A stretch of DNA of 64,000 nt. Source: Escherichia phage vB_EcoM-fFiEco06. Both the position numbers and the translations under genes were made by a program. The stretch lies in the sequence record NC_054914.1; one strand, 5' to 3'. The notes below the pieces were generated by a model. The model saw only the letters and a program-made list of their open reading frames with translations, was not told the DNA's origin and ran no database searches. Shown one piece after another: positions 50,338 to 59,243 of this stretch. How positions within the stretch are numbered: the first letter of the stretch is position 1; each line of letters opens with the position of its first letter.

Positions 50338-50738
50338 TTTTCAATTTTACTAAATACACAGAATATGATGGAAAAGACTATATAAGCACCGCATACAGAT
50401 TGAACTAATACCATTCCAAAGAACCAAACAATATTATCAAACAATGTCTGTTTTACGTCGAAAGGACGTAAACTTACAGTAATATTATCGCCTTTTTCTA
50501 TTGATGAATACATCTCTGGTGAAATATATTCACTAAATCTATAACCGTCTTTGAGTTCATATACGGCAATAAACGATAAACTAGACCCCTTTCCTTGAGT
50601 TCCTGTAAGGGTATTAACTACAGTAACATCATAATCTTTATAATGCATATAATCATTAATTGCATAATAACCATATGCAACTACTACACATAAACAACAT
50701 ATCAATAAATTCAATCTTTTAATTATCAACTGTTTCAT
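50334..50738 (-). CDS. membrane protein
   Basis: 134 aa with N- and C-terminal hydrophobic segments. Confidence 0.55.
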   Translation of the reverse strand: MKQLIIKRLNLLICCLCVVVAYGYYAINDYMHYKDYDVTVVNTLTGTQGKGSSLSFIAVYELKDGYRFSEYISPEMYSSIEKGDNITVSLRPFDVKQTLFDNIVWFFGMVLVQSVCGAYIVFSIIFCVFSKIEN

Positions 50739-50793
50739 AATAATCTCAATTAAAAGGGCTTAGAACCATTATACCATCCTTGGTATAAAGCGG

Positions 50794-51321
50794 TTATGCG
50801 AGTACCGTCTTTAACCGTTCTTCAAACTTCCGAAGAGTATTTTGGCGTTCAGCTCTTTGCTTTTTGTAAGTTTCAATACGCTCTGAAATGAGAGTGTATC
50901 GTTCATTTACTGATTCTTTCATAAAATCAGGAATTTCACGAGAAGCTTTAATCTCGTCAAATTTATCAATAACTGCTTGCTCTTCAGCAATTAAGTTATC
51001 ATACATCAAAATATCTTTCTTGATGAACTCAATATCTTCTTGAGTTACACGAGATAATTTAGATGCTTTATCCTTTTTGTACTGTTCGTTAGTATCACGA
51101 GACCAGTGTAATGTACGATTTTTATTCGTATTCTTGTAAATTTCTACAATACCAATCTCATCGATAATAACGATCCAATTCCAACGAGATTTGTAAATTT
51201 GTCCTCCGTCAACCGTGATTTCACCTCCGATTGAGATGTCATTAAAGAACTTGCTTTGTGCTTCAGATTTAAATTTACCATCGTTGTAATTTACCAGGTT
51301 GAAAATATCTTTAGCGTTCAT
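50794..51321 (-). CDS. hypothetical protein
   Basis: 175 aa ORF downstream of an early promoter. Confidence 0.55.
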   Translation of the reverse strand: MNAKDIFNLVNYNDGKFKSEAQSKFFNDISIGGEITVDGGQIYKSRWNWIVIIDEIGIVEIYKNTNKNRTLHWSRDTNEQYKKDKASKLSRVTQEDIEFIKKDILMYDNLIAEEQAVIDKFDEIKASREIPDFMKESVNERYTLISERIETYKKQRAERQNTLRKFEERLKTVLA

Positions 51322-51349
51322 TTTGTGTTCCTCCGTAGTTGATAGTTGT

Positions 51350-51379
51350 ATAGTACCACAGAGGAACAGTCTTGTAAAC
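51350..51379 (-). promoter_or_regulatory. early promoter (second copy of repeated cassette)
   Basis: GTTTAC-N18-TACTAT; 42 nt identical to 25621..25662. Confidence 0.6.
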
Positions 51380-51381
51380 CA

Positions 51382-51696
51382 CTAAAAGAAACTTCTTTCA
51401 CAATTTTTTCCACTGAACCATGCGCTTACCGCTTTCTTAGTCTCAGGAGCAGTGTTATCCATAAACCATTCAAAGGCAGCCTTTTTATGATTCTGGAGGG
51501 CTTCTCGGGCTTTAATCTGCTCACGGTCTATTAACACTAACATATGAGCCTTTCTTGTCACCATGGGCTTCTTATGATTTTTTGAATACTCCCAGTCATT
51601 TGTCCATCGCATTGTCGTTGCGAACTTAAATACTGCTTCTTTAATTTTAGTTTCGTAAATTTCACGAGCCTTTGAGTATAACATCATTACCTCCAT
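51382..51696 (-). CDS. hypothetical protein
   Basis: 104 aa ORF. Confidence 0.5.
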   Translation of the reverse strand: MEVMMLYSKAREIYETKIKEAVFKFATTMRWTNDWEYSKNHKKPMVTRKAHMLVLIDREQIKAREALQNHKKAAFEWFMDNTAPETKKAVSAWFSGKNCERSFF

Positions 51697-51786
51697 TCAC
51701 CAGTTTAATTCTAGTCATCTTTTTAATGGCAGTCCATATAATCTATTTCTGAACTGCCTTTTTGTCATAGAAGTCCTCTTATGAAT

Positions 51787-52755
51787 TTATTTCAGAAGAG
51801 TAACCTCAGCGATTTCTTCCCAACCGTTTTTGTCGGTCATAATAAAGTCAGCAAGATAAAGAGCAGTACGCAGTGAAACATTGCGTAAACGATTAACATT
51901 AACTTTCATCCATGATAATGCTTTATAAGTTTCTTCATCAGAAAGACCGCGCTTTTGCATCATGTCGGTTGAAAGAATAACATCTTCAACCCTGACCATA
52001 ATTTCTTCATTAGTGTGAACACCCAAATCTAAATAAACTGAGCGGGACACTAATGCTTGTAAATGTGGAGCAAGTTTAGTACCACGGTCTAATTCGCGGT
52101 CAATATCAACGTTTGTGATAAAAACAATCGTTCCTTTAAATTCAAACTCACGCTCAATGCCTTTTTCTTCTAAGTAAGAAGATGCAGTGCTCCAGCAGAC
52201 TTTACGGGTCTCTCCAGTGTCCAGAGCAGCTTTCAGAAGATTAAGAATGTCCATATCAGAGAAAACATCCACATCATCAATCAAAAGGACAGAATTCTCT
52301 TCACGATTATTCCAAAGTTGTTCATAAAGACCGATACCGGAGATTTTACCGTTAATGCTTTTATATTCAATGTATCCATTATCATTTGCTTTATTCAAAG
52401 CTTTATCTAAAGAATACGTTTTACCAATACCCGCCGCACCAGAGATAATTAATGAACGAATGTTTCCGTTAATAATACCATTCGTCATCATTCCCATAAC
52501 ATTAAATCTTTTATTAATGCGGGTTTTCATATCTTCATATGATTCTTTAACTTCTTCAACTTTTACACCATCATATGAAATGTCTGATTTGTAAACCCAA
52601 ACACCGCGACGCTTACCGTCAATTTCAACAAAAACTTTACCATCTCCTTGTGCATCTACCGGAGCATTATCTGGGAACCATTCACCTAAGAGCTCAAAAG
52701 TTCCAGAGATTTCTTTACCGAAGTAGATACCCTTATTGATAGTTACAGTTTTCAT
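51787..52755 (-). CDS. P-loop NTPase (AAA-like ATPase)
   Basis: Walker A GAAGIGKT and Walker B LLIDDVD; ATG at 52755 with GGAG Shine-Dalgarno, track start 52773 is GTG. Confidence 0.65.
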   Translation of the reverse strand: MKTVTINKGIYFGKEISGTFELLGEWFPDNAPVDAQGDGKVFVEIDGKRRGVWVYKSDISYDGVKVEEVKESYEDMKTRINKRFNVMGMMTNGIINGNIRSLIISGAAGIGKTYSLDKALNKANDNGYIEYKSINGKISGIGLYEQLWNNREENSVLLIDDVDVFSDMDILNLLKAALDTGETRKVCWSTASSYLEEKGIEREFEFKGTIVFITNVDIDRELDRGTKLAPHLQALVSRSVYLDLGVHTNEEIMVRVEDVILSTDMMQKRGLSDEETYKALSWMKVNVNRLRNVSLRTALYLADFIMTDKNGWEEIAEVTLLK

Positions 52756-52791
52756 TTTATTCTCCAATCTCACATTTGTTTTGATAGGGTA

Positions 52792-52821
52792 ATAGTATCA
52801 CACTACTACCCTTCTGTAAAC
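52792..52821 (-). promoter_or_regulatory. early promoter upstream of the ATPase
   Basis: GTTTAC-N18-TACTAT. Confidence 0.55.
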
Positions 52822-52824
52822 AAT

Positions 52825-53088
52825 TTATTTTAACGTTCGCCAAATTTTTACTGCTTCACGGCGAGATACTTCTACAGCTCCAAGTTCTACAGCTTTTTGG
52901 CGTCGGCGAGCGTGTAAGTCATAATGTTTAATGCGTTTATCTTGAAACCAAGAACGTTTCATTCCTATTGCTTCTGCCATTTCATGAAGCTCTTCAATAT
53001 CTCCATCAGTGAACATATGACAATTTTTAGTTGGATGACCGCGAAGTTTCCATCCATGATTCATTAAAACATCTACGTAAACTGTCAT
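52825..53088 (-). CDS. hypothetical protein
   Basis: 87 aa ORF. Confidence 0.5.
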   Translation of the reverse strand: MTVYVDVLMNHGWKLRGHPTKNCHMFTDGDIEELHEMAEAIGMKRSWFQDKRIKHYDLHARRRQKAVELGAVEVSRREAVKIWRTLK

Positions 53089-53234
53089 TGATTCTTCTCC
53101 AAATAAGTTTCGATAATTTTCTGAGCGAGATAAACTGCATTATCTTCAGTTGCATCTTCTAAGAAACTTTCAAAACACTCTGAAATTTCTTCTGTATCAA
53201 TCAACTTTTTTACTTCAATTGGTGTAATTTTCAT
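53085..53234 (-). CDS. small acidic hypothetical protein
   Basis: track ORF begins upstream of the promoter -10 at 53272; internal ATG at 53234 gives 49 aa. Confidence 0.4.
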   Translation of the reverse strand: MKITPIEVKKLIDTEEISECFESFLEDATEDNAVYLAQKIIETYLEKNQ

Positions 53235-53271
53235 TTTGTTTTTCCGTTTAAGTGTTTGTTTTGATAGTTGT

Positions 53272-53301
53272 ATAGTACCATAAAGCTTTATGCTTGTAAA
53301 C
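53272..53301 (-). promoter_or_regulatory. early promoter (partial copy of repeated cassette)
   Basis: GTTTAC-N18-TACTAT. Confidence 0.55.
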
Positions 53302-53330
53302 AATTTTGTGAAAAATTTTTGAAATAAAAA

Positions 53331-53350
53331 AGGGAGCCCGAAGGCTCCCT
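53331..53350 (-). terminator. rho-independent terminator after the nucleotidyltransferase gene
   Basis: RNA AGGGAGCC-UUCG-GGCUCCCU followed by UUUUUUAUUU. Confidence 0.7.
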
Positions 53351-53351
53351 A

Positions 53352-54365
53352 TCATTTATAATAACTTCGGTGGTTTTCAAGATAAACCCTCTCAAGGAAG
53401 TCATCCCAAAAACCCATGTCTACTTTTTGCTGCATACCGTTCTTAGAAGCTTCAGTAGATGCTGCTTCTACTTGATCGACCACATCTTCCAAAAACTCTT
53501 GAACCGTTTTAAATGGATGTTTACCCAACTTCACGTCGAGAATAAATGGAGCATCTTGGAGTGGATAAACCAAGTCACCAGTTTTGTAAATTTCCAATAG
53601 TTGGAGTCCACCACGGCAAGCATGACTCAGAGCTTTCCAGTCAATACCTTCATTGGCTTCGGCCTTACGAGCACGTTCACCGTATTCAGCATCTAATTTG
53701 TTCAGTGACTGCTTAAGCTCAATAAGAGAAAGCGTTGTCTGATATTTACGACCCAACACTGTGTAGAACGTCTGTGGGCCTGTTTTCTCATGATTATGGA
53801 ACACCCATTCACAGAATTCGTTTTCTGGAAGACGATGCTTAATATCTTCAACTTTAGTACGACGCTGCTTAATAGAACCATCTTCTTGGTAATCAACCCA
53901 TTGCTCAGGGATTTGATTAACTACTTTCAATACATCACGTAATGCAGCCAAACGAGAACCCTTAACGCCGTATTTAGAAGCTTGCTTACGGACATATCCT
54001 AAATAGGATTTCATGTTAGTCGTATAAAAACGAGAACGGTTGTCTTGAATAAACTTCCACACATCAGGCAAATCAGATTTAACCACTAGTTCAGGTGGAG
54101 TGTGAAGCATATCTAACGCTACAGTTTCACCATCTGCTGCTAATTTAAAGAAATATTTAAGACTGTATAGTTCATGGTCAATATCATCTTTAGTGTTTTT
54201 AGATGATGTGTTGTTAGTGTTTTTACTCATGTGCTCTTTAACATTTCCGATAAGAATATCACGAGCAGGAGGAACAAAGATTTCTTTAAAATCTACATCA
54301 GATTCTGGGGTAGAAGTTCCATAAAGATGACTACCAAAATAGCTTTTCATTACTGTTTTCATCAT
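53352..54365 (-). CDS. Pol-beta-superfamily nucleotidyltransferase
   Basis: 337 aa; N-terminal GS-x11-DVD in YFGSHLYGTSTPESDVDFKEIFV. Confidence 0.6.
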   Translation of the reverse strand: MMKTVMKSYFGSHLYGTSTPESDVDFKEIFVPPARDILIGNVKEHMSKNTNNTSSKNTKDDIDHELYSLKYFFKLAADGETVALDMLHTPPELVVKSDLPDVWKFIQDNRSRFYTTNMKSYLGYVRKQASKYGVKGSRLAALRDVLKVVNQIPEQWVDYQEDGSIKQRRTKVEDIKHRLPENEFCEWVFHNHEKTGPQTFYTVLGRKYQTTLSLIELKQSLNKLDAEYGERARKAEANEGIDWKALSHACRGGLQLLEIYKTGDLVYPLQDAPFILDVKLGKHPFKTVQEFLEDVVDQVEAASTEASKNGMQQKVDMGFWDDFLERVYLENHRSYYK

Positions 54366-54823
54366 TCAGCCTTATATTCAATAACAGGACATACTTTAGC
54401 TTTACGAGCTTTTAAAAATTCAACGATAATCGATTTCTTGGGTTGAATAGGAGGTAAACCTTTATACGCCCTATCAATATTTTCTACGTGTAAAGCATAA
54501 TCCTTTTTCCATTTATAATCTTTATATTTTTCACGCAGTTGTGCAGGAATAACAAATGAACCGATAATAAGTAAAACAAGCAAAATGGCAAGTATAAATG
54601 CTGATGGAATAAGAGTCCATAAACTACCAAAAATAAGCCATTTCTGTATGATTTCTGCGCAGATGATAGTTAGACCTACGAGTATAGTACATCCGAAAAA
54701 AGAAACGAAAAATGTAGGGATAACAATAGACCAAAAGTATGCGCACAGCGTCTTAGGTCGTTGCCATTCATCGTTAAACAATTTGAATAATTTATAGTGC
54801 CAAGAGTTTTCATTAATAATCAT
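54362..54823 (-). CDS. membrane protein
   Basis: 153 aa with several hydrophobic helices. Confidence 0.55.
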   Translation of the reverse strand: MIINENSWHYKLFKLFNDEWQRPKTLCAYFWSIVIPTFFVSFFGCTILVGLTIICAEIIQKWLIFGSLWTLIPSAFILAILLVLLIIGSFVIPAQLREKYKDYKWKKDYALHVENIDRAYKGLPPIQPKKSIIVEFLKARKAKVCPVIEYKAE

Positions 54824-54825
54824 AA

Positions 54826-55347
54826 TTATCCTTTCATTGAAGGTGTAACAGTTGTTAAATACTTAATCATAGCTTCAGCTTCTGATTTTGATAATGAAAT
54901 TTCTTCATTGTTTTGACGAATAGAAATAAAATCCGGATGACGGTCACCACCAGCTTTTAAAACACACATATAAGTATCAGTTTCATCTTCAATATCTGAA
55001 ATGATTGAAGCAGTTCCACATGAATGCGGTTTTTGATAAATCAATACAGCTTTTCTTCCGCCATTTGACTGTTCATAAACTTTTAATACATCAAACAAAT
55101 CACTTCTTTTATCAATAGCTAAAATGTTATTTTCATCTTCAATGTTAAATCCTTCGGATACTTCATAAAGTGTCACCCATAAATCGCCAATATCAATAAC
55201 AGCGTTCACTTTTCCATGACTTTCAAGAGCATGACAAATTTTCTTGATTTCGTCATAACTCATTTTAATAATATCATCTCCTTGAATAAGAAAGATGTCA
55301 TTTTTAAATTCAACACGAATTAAACCACTTCCACTTGAAATAAACAT
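54826..55347 (-). CDS. hypothetical protein (paralog pair member)
   Basis: 173 aa; C-terminus ISLSKSEAEAMIKYLTTVTPSM parallels next ORF. Confidence 0.55.
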   Translation of the reverse strand: MFISSGSGLIRVEFKNDIFLIQGDDIIKMSYDEIKKICHALESHGKVNAVIDIGDLWVTLYEVSEGFNIEDENNILAIDKRSDLFDVLKVYEQSNGGRKAVLIYQKPHSCGTASIISDIEDETDTYMCVLKAGGDRHPDFISIRQNNEEISLSKSEAEAMIKYLTTVTPSMKG

Positions 55348-55353
55348 ATTTCC

Positions 55354-55911
55354 TCACTTTGAAATCATAGTTGGAATGACAGAATCGAGATAAGTCTTTA
55401 GCGCAATAGCTTCGTCTTTGGTAAATGTGACAATATACGATCGAAAATCATCAATTTGACGAATAGTTAAGACATCACCATCTTCATAGCATTTTGATAC
55501 GTTTAAAACAGTTTCATCATTCTGATTGCAAGCGTTAGTAATAATAGCATTGCAATTTTTGAGCCATTTTAAACTATGTTTTCTTTCATTAGAATAATAA
55601 AAATATTTAATCTTATCTATAAAACTATCCCAATGGATAACTGATAAACACATTGACTCACTTTTAATATTAAATCCTGGGCATGAAGAATAAAAATGAA
55701 TTTTGTGCTCATCATTGATGCTTACTATTTTATCAGTATAAGGATATTCAATTTGGGTTAAATGAATGATTTCACTAGGCGTAAAATATAGCATATCGTC
55801 TTCTTGTGTCAAACGATACATATTATTTACTTTTTCTATAGCTAATTCACCAAAAAGCGGACTAACTTCTAATACTAATCGTTTCATATTGATTCTCTTC
55901 GACTCACCCAC
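55354..55911 (-). CDS. hypothetical protein (paralog pair member)
   Basis: 185 aa; C-terminus VTFTKDEAIALKTYLDSVIPTM. Confidence 0.55.
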   Translation of the reverse strand: MGESKRINMKRLVLEVSPLFGELAIEKVNNMYRLTQEDDMLYFTPSEIIHLTQIEYPYTDKIVSINDEHKIHFYSSCPGFNIKSESMCLSVIHWDSFIDKIKYFYYSNERKHSLKWLKNCNAIITNACNQNDETVLNVSKCYEDGDVLTIRQIDDFRSYIVTFTKDEAIALKTYLDSVIPTMISK

Positions 55912-56034
55912 AATTACATACTCCTTTGAATAATATCAATAATGTTGTTCACCAGATTATAAGTAAACATTGGATAATTATATTGAATCATCACATACAC
56001 AACAAACAAAACTTTCATTCTCTTCTCCTTGGCA

Positions 56035-56068
56035 GTTGACAAGATTACTATATCATAATCTTGTCAAC
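56035..56068. repeat. 13-bp inverted repeat within an early promoter spacer
   Basis: gttgacaagatta ... taatcttgtcaac with 8-nt loop. Confidence 0.7.
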
Positions 56069-56076
56069 TTGTAAAC
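56047..56076 (-). promoter_or_regulatory. early promoter
   Basis: GTTTAC-N18-TATAGT. Confidence 0.5.
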
Positions 56077-56078
56077 CA

Positions 56079-56252
56079 TTAAATGACGTTTTCAATAAAA
56101 TTCTGAAGCTTTGTGTGAGCATCAACCATGATTTTCATTTCTTCTTTGGCGAAAGCTGTACCTCTTTCCCGAGAAGAACACTCATAGTCAGAAACTGCAT
56201 TAGCATATTCTTCAATTAGTTTCATTAAAAACATCTGCTTTTCAGTTTTCAT
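56079..56252 (-). CDS. small hypothetical protein
   Basis: 57 aa ORF not in track; start ambiguous (11-nt overlap with upstream ORF). Confidence 0.3.
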   Translation of the reverse strand: MKTEKQMFLMKLIEEYANAVSDYECSSRERGTAFAKEEMKIMVDAHTKLQNFIENVI

Positions 56253-56436
56253 TGTTCCACCTAATCATTTCAAGATATTGAACTAACTTAGCTTTAGATT
56301 TATCCAAATCCTTTTTAGCTGCTTCTATACCATCGTATGAATATCCTTCACAATGCTCAACTGCTAATTGATATGAATCTATTTCAATATCACGTGCTAA
56401 TTTAATGATTTTTTCAAACTGTTCGCGTGTTAGCAT
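56242..56436 (-). CDS. hypothetical protein
   Basis: 64 aa ORF. Confidence 0.5.
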   Translation of the reverse strand: MLTREQFEKIIKLARDIEIDSYQLAVEHCEGYSYDGIEAAKKDLDKSKAKLVQYLEMIRWNNEN

Positions 56437-56438
56437 AC

Positions 56439-56642
56439 TTACACTCTCGTATTATGATCGATAATTTCATCAAGAAACATATCTAACGCTTCTATAGCAT
56501 TATCAACTTTAGCTTCAAGTTCTTCAGCGCCTTTATTTGCAATGCCTGCCGAAAACCAAGCAAAGTCACTAAGTTCCTCATCTGCTTTGCGAATTAAAGC
56601 TACCAATTCTTTAATTTTATCTGCTTGTTCAATGCTAGTCAT
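56439..56642 (-). CDS. hypothetical acidic protein
   Basis: ATG at 56642 shares a base with upstream stop; track start 56678. Confidence 0.45.
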   Translation of the reverse strand: MTSIEQADKIKELVALIRKADEELSDFAWFSAGIANKGAEELEAKVDNAIEALDMFLDEIIDHNTRV

Positions 56643-56830
56643 TATTCCACCACATATGAAAGAGAGAATATTGCACACGCCATATGAGTTGCAGCTTCAT
56701 CACACATATCATAACGTTTCTTAAGAAGTTCTACAAGTTCTTCACTAGTAACTTCATCCATGTCGACGAAAAAATCACCATTAATGATGACGTAGATATT
56801 TCCTTCTTGATTAAGTGCTTCAATTTTCAT
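56642..56830 (-). CDS. hypothetical acidic protein
   Basis: ATG at 56830 with AGAGGAG Shine-Dalgarno, downstream of promoter; track start 56875 lies upstream of the -10. Confidence 0.45.
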   Translation of the reverse strand: MKIEALNQEGNIYVIINGDFFVDMDEVTSEELVELLKKRYDMCDEAATHMACAIFSLSYVVE

Positions 56831-56858
56831 GATGTTCTCCTCTTTATCCGATAGTTGT

Positions 56859-56888
56859 ATAGTATCACAGCTCAAACGGAAAGTAAAC
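56859..56888 (-). promoter_or_regulatory. early promoter
   Basis: GTTTAC-N18-TACTAT. Confidence 0.55.
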
Positions 56889-56903
56889 CGGTAAAATGAA
56901 AAA

Positions 56904-56921
56904 AGTCTCCCGAAGGAGACT
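56904..56921 (-). terminator. rho-independent terminator downstream of the rI cluster
   Basis: RNA AGUCUCC-UUCG-GGAGACU followed by UUUUUUCAUUUU. Confidence 0.7.
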
Positions 56922-56925
56922 AATG

Positions 56926-57312
56926 TTATTCGAGGGAAAGAAGATACTTACTCTGGTAAAACATTCCAGTAATATCATCTATCGTGCTTTGAATGGCTGG
57001 AGGCATTTCTTTATAAATGCTGTTAGATTGGTCTAGTATGCGATCAATCATTTTAATTGTGTCGGTAGGAAGTTTACTGGCATCTGGAATTGAAGGCGTG
57101 TATTTTCTACCAGAATACCCCAAATATTGCTCACCAAATTTATCAATCAAATCTGGCAATTCGGAGAAAATAAAATCGTATGCTTTGTGTCTAGCATAAC
57201 TTTTAGTTTCAAAATGCGCAGAATGAAAATAAGCTTGTGCAGCCATTAATAAACCTAAGTATTCATCTGCCTTTGAAGGTTTTCCACTTTGTGAAAAGTC
57301 GCTGAATTTCAT
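56926..57312 (-). CDS. hypothetical protein downstream of rI
   Basis: 128 aa; ATGA overlap with rI. Confidence 0.6.
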   Translation of the reverse strand: MKFSDFSQSGKPSKADEYLGLLMAAQAYFHSAHFETKSYARHKAYDFIFSELPDLIDKFGEQYLGYSGRKYTPSIPDASKLPTDTIKMIDRILDQSNSIYKEMPPAIQSTIDDITGMFYQSKYLLSLE

Positions 57313-57602
57313 TCAGTCTCCAATTTAATGTTCATAATTCTAGCGTATGATTGTGCCATCTCCGCGCCTCGTTCTATACATTCAAAATCAGAAGAGCACG
57401 GGTCATTTTTATAGGTCGTTCTCATAAAACTATAGAACTGTTCAGATGATTCTACGCTTTTATTTTCAAAAAGCATATAAACATGTCTAATACCAGATTC
57501 CATAAATTTATCAAAATGAGGATCGACATTCGCTTCAATCGATGGAGATAAAACAAATGACAATCCTAGCATGGCAAATAGTGCCGTTGCTTTTAAGGCC
57601 AT
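57309..57602 (-). CDS. rI: lysis inhibition regulator RI
   Basis: 97 aa with signal-anchor; recalled as T4 RI. Confidence 0.85.
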   Translation of the reverse strand: MALKATALFAMLGLSFVLSPSIEANVDPHFDKFMESGIRHVYMLFENKSVESSEQFYSFMRTTYKNDPCSSDFECIERGAEMAQSYARIMNIKLETE

Positions 57603-57614
57603 AAAGGCCTCCTA

Positions 57615-57827
57615 TCATTTTTGTCCTGTATTTACTTTATGCCGATGCACGGCCTTAACTTTATCAAGGTATTTTTCAAAATTTCGCAATCTAGTATAGT
57701 CTGCCGGAGATTGATTGAGTGATACTTCTCGACGCAAAGCTGAAATGATATTTCCAACTTCCCTACGAATTTCATCTAATTGAAGCACAGTAAGATTGCG
57801 AAGTTGCTTTTCAGTTAATTGTAGCAT
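57615..57827 (-). CDS. hypothetical protein
   Basis: 70 aa ORF upstream of rI. Confidence 0.5.
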
Positions 57828-57852
57828 ATATACCCCTTTAGTTAGATAAACC

Positions 57853-57860
57853 TATTTATA
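57853..57860 (-). promoter_or_regulatory. late promoter TATAAATA upstream of rI cluster
   Basis: minus strand TATAAATA 26 nt upstream of the ATG at 57827. Confidence 0.5.
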
Positions 57861-57869
57861 ACTTTTGCA

Positions 57870-58451
57870 CTAACCGAGCTTTTTAGTTAATTCATTCCAA
57901 TGTTTTCTACACAAAGAAACATAAATTTCATCACCAATACAGATTTGATTACCTTCTTTAACTGGTGTTCCATCTTCCATTAATCGAGCTGTCATAATCG
58001 CTTTTTTACCACAATGACAAACTGCTTTTAATTCAATAAGTTTATCTGCAATCGCTAAAAGTTCTTTAGAACCTTCAAATAATTTTCCAGCGAAATCAGT
58101 CCTTAATCCATAAGCCATAACAGGAACATTATATGTATCAACAATTCGACTTAATTGATGCACTTGTTCAGTTTTTAAAAACTGAGCTTCATCTACAAAT
58201 ACGCAATGAATATCTTTTTGTGCTTCAGCCCATTTATAGAACTCGAAAATATCCATATCATCTGTAATAATATTCGCTTCCTGTTTAATTCCAATGCGAG
58301 AAACAACTTCACAGACAGAATCGCGAGTATCAATAGCAGGCTTAAGAACTAATACACTCATTCCACGTTCTTTATAATTATGTGCAGCAGTCAAAAGAGA
58401 AGCAGATTTTCCAGCATTCATTGCTGCATAAGTAAAAATTAAACTCGCCAT
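57870..58451 (-). CDS. tk: thymidine kinase
   Basis: 193 aa; P-loop YAAMNAGKS and C-terminal zinc cysteines; recalled as T4 Tk. Confidence 0.9.
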   Translation of the reverse strand: MASLIFTYAAMNAGKSASLLTAAHNYKERGMSVLVLKPAIDTRDSVCEVVSRIGIKQEANIITDDMDIFEFYKWAEAQKDIHCVFVDEAQFLKTEQVHQLSRIVDTYNVPVMAYGLRTDFAGKLFEGSKELLAIADKLIELKAVCHCGKKAIMTARLMEDGTPVKEGNQICIGDEIYVSLCRKHWNELTKKLG

Positions 58452-58460
58452 ATCACCTTC

Positions 58461-58646
58461 TTAAAGCGTATTCACATAAGCTATTAATTCGTTTTCTTTC
58501 TTATCAAACCGATCAGCAAATTCTTCCTGCTGTTCTGGAGATAGCGGGCCGTATTCATCATAAAAGGTGTTTGCTTCTGTATGCTCATCTAGAAGTTCAT
58601 GGATAAGCTCAAACAATTTATCTTTTTGTTCTTTACTCAGACTCAT
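58461..58646 (-). CDS. hypothetical acidic protein
   Basis: 61 aa ORF. Confidence 0.5.
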   Translation of the reverse strand: MSLSKEQKDKLFELIHELLDEHTEANTFYDEYGPLSPEQQEEFADRFDKKENELIAYVNTL

Positions 58647-58812
58647 ATATTAATTTCCAGGAGTTTTAAAATAATTCGCTTTTGCTTAAATATTTCCATA
58701 GTTAAATGACCAGTATCTTTTTGACCGATTCCAATGGCAAAACCTTTATTGACAGCGAGTTCAATTAAATTATCAAGCTCACGTAACACTTCATACTGTA
58801 ACTCAAAACTAT

Positions 58813-59025
58813 TCATTTCGGTTTACCTTCTTTAACGAAATCTGGATAAGGATAAAATCCCGAATAAAATCCTTCACCTTTATGATTGATGCATCCTTTA
58901 TTAGAACAATAGCACCAATAATCGAAATCACAAGCCATTTCATCGTTGCATAAAGCAAAAACAACTGGCCATTTACACTTTTCACAATGGGCATTTTTAA
59001 GAATACTAGTTTGGCTCATAACCAT
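58813..59025 (-). CDS. Cys-rich hypothetical protein
   Basis: 70 aa; HCEKCK ... CNDEMAC ... CYCSNKGC; preferred over the overlapping 58809..58994 frame. Confidence 0.45.
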   Translation of the reverse strand: MVMSQTSILKNAHCEKCKWPVVFALCNDEMACDFDYWCYCSNKGCINHKGEGFYSGFYPYPDFVKEGKPK

Positions 59026-59243
59026 GTAACCTTTAAGCAGTATTCTTCTACATGCTGTTTACGACCTTTCTTATCAATAAAGGTATATTCAACGAATGTT
59101 CCAATGTAGTCTTTATCTACATCATGCGGACTATTAATTGGACATTTAGTACGGCAAATGCGTTCCCATTGACGAATAATTACTGCCTTATTCTTTGGGT
59201 CATATGGATGTGGATAATGTATATTCATAATAACGGTTCCCAA
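59016..59243 (-). CDS. hypothetical protein
   Basis: 75 aa ORF. Confidence 0.5.
   Translation of the reverse strand: MGTVIMNIHYPHPYDPKNKAVIIRQWERICRTKCPINSPHDVDKDYIGTFVEYTFIDKKGRKQHVEEYCLKVTWL

Noticed and set aside
50769-50798. Candidate early promoter (TATAAT-like -10) upstream of the 50334..50738 ORF
   Set aside because: No GTTTAC-like -35 at the expected spacing, so it does not fit the promoter pattern seen elsewhere.
25621-56888. Repeated approximately 40-bp elements considered as a possible CRISPR-like or mobile-element repeat array
   Set aside because: Copies are tens of kb apart, irregularly spaced, each sits at a promoter position before a gene, and no cas-like genes are present; they are promoter cassettes.
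58809-58994. 61-aa ORF overlapping the Cys-rich 58813..59025 ORF
   Set aside because: Two frames cover the same DNA; the Cys-rich frame is longer and has a zinc-ribbon-like pattern, so the hydrophobic frame is the less likely one (unresolved without expression data).
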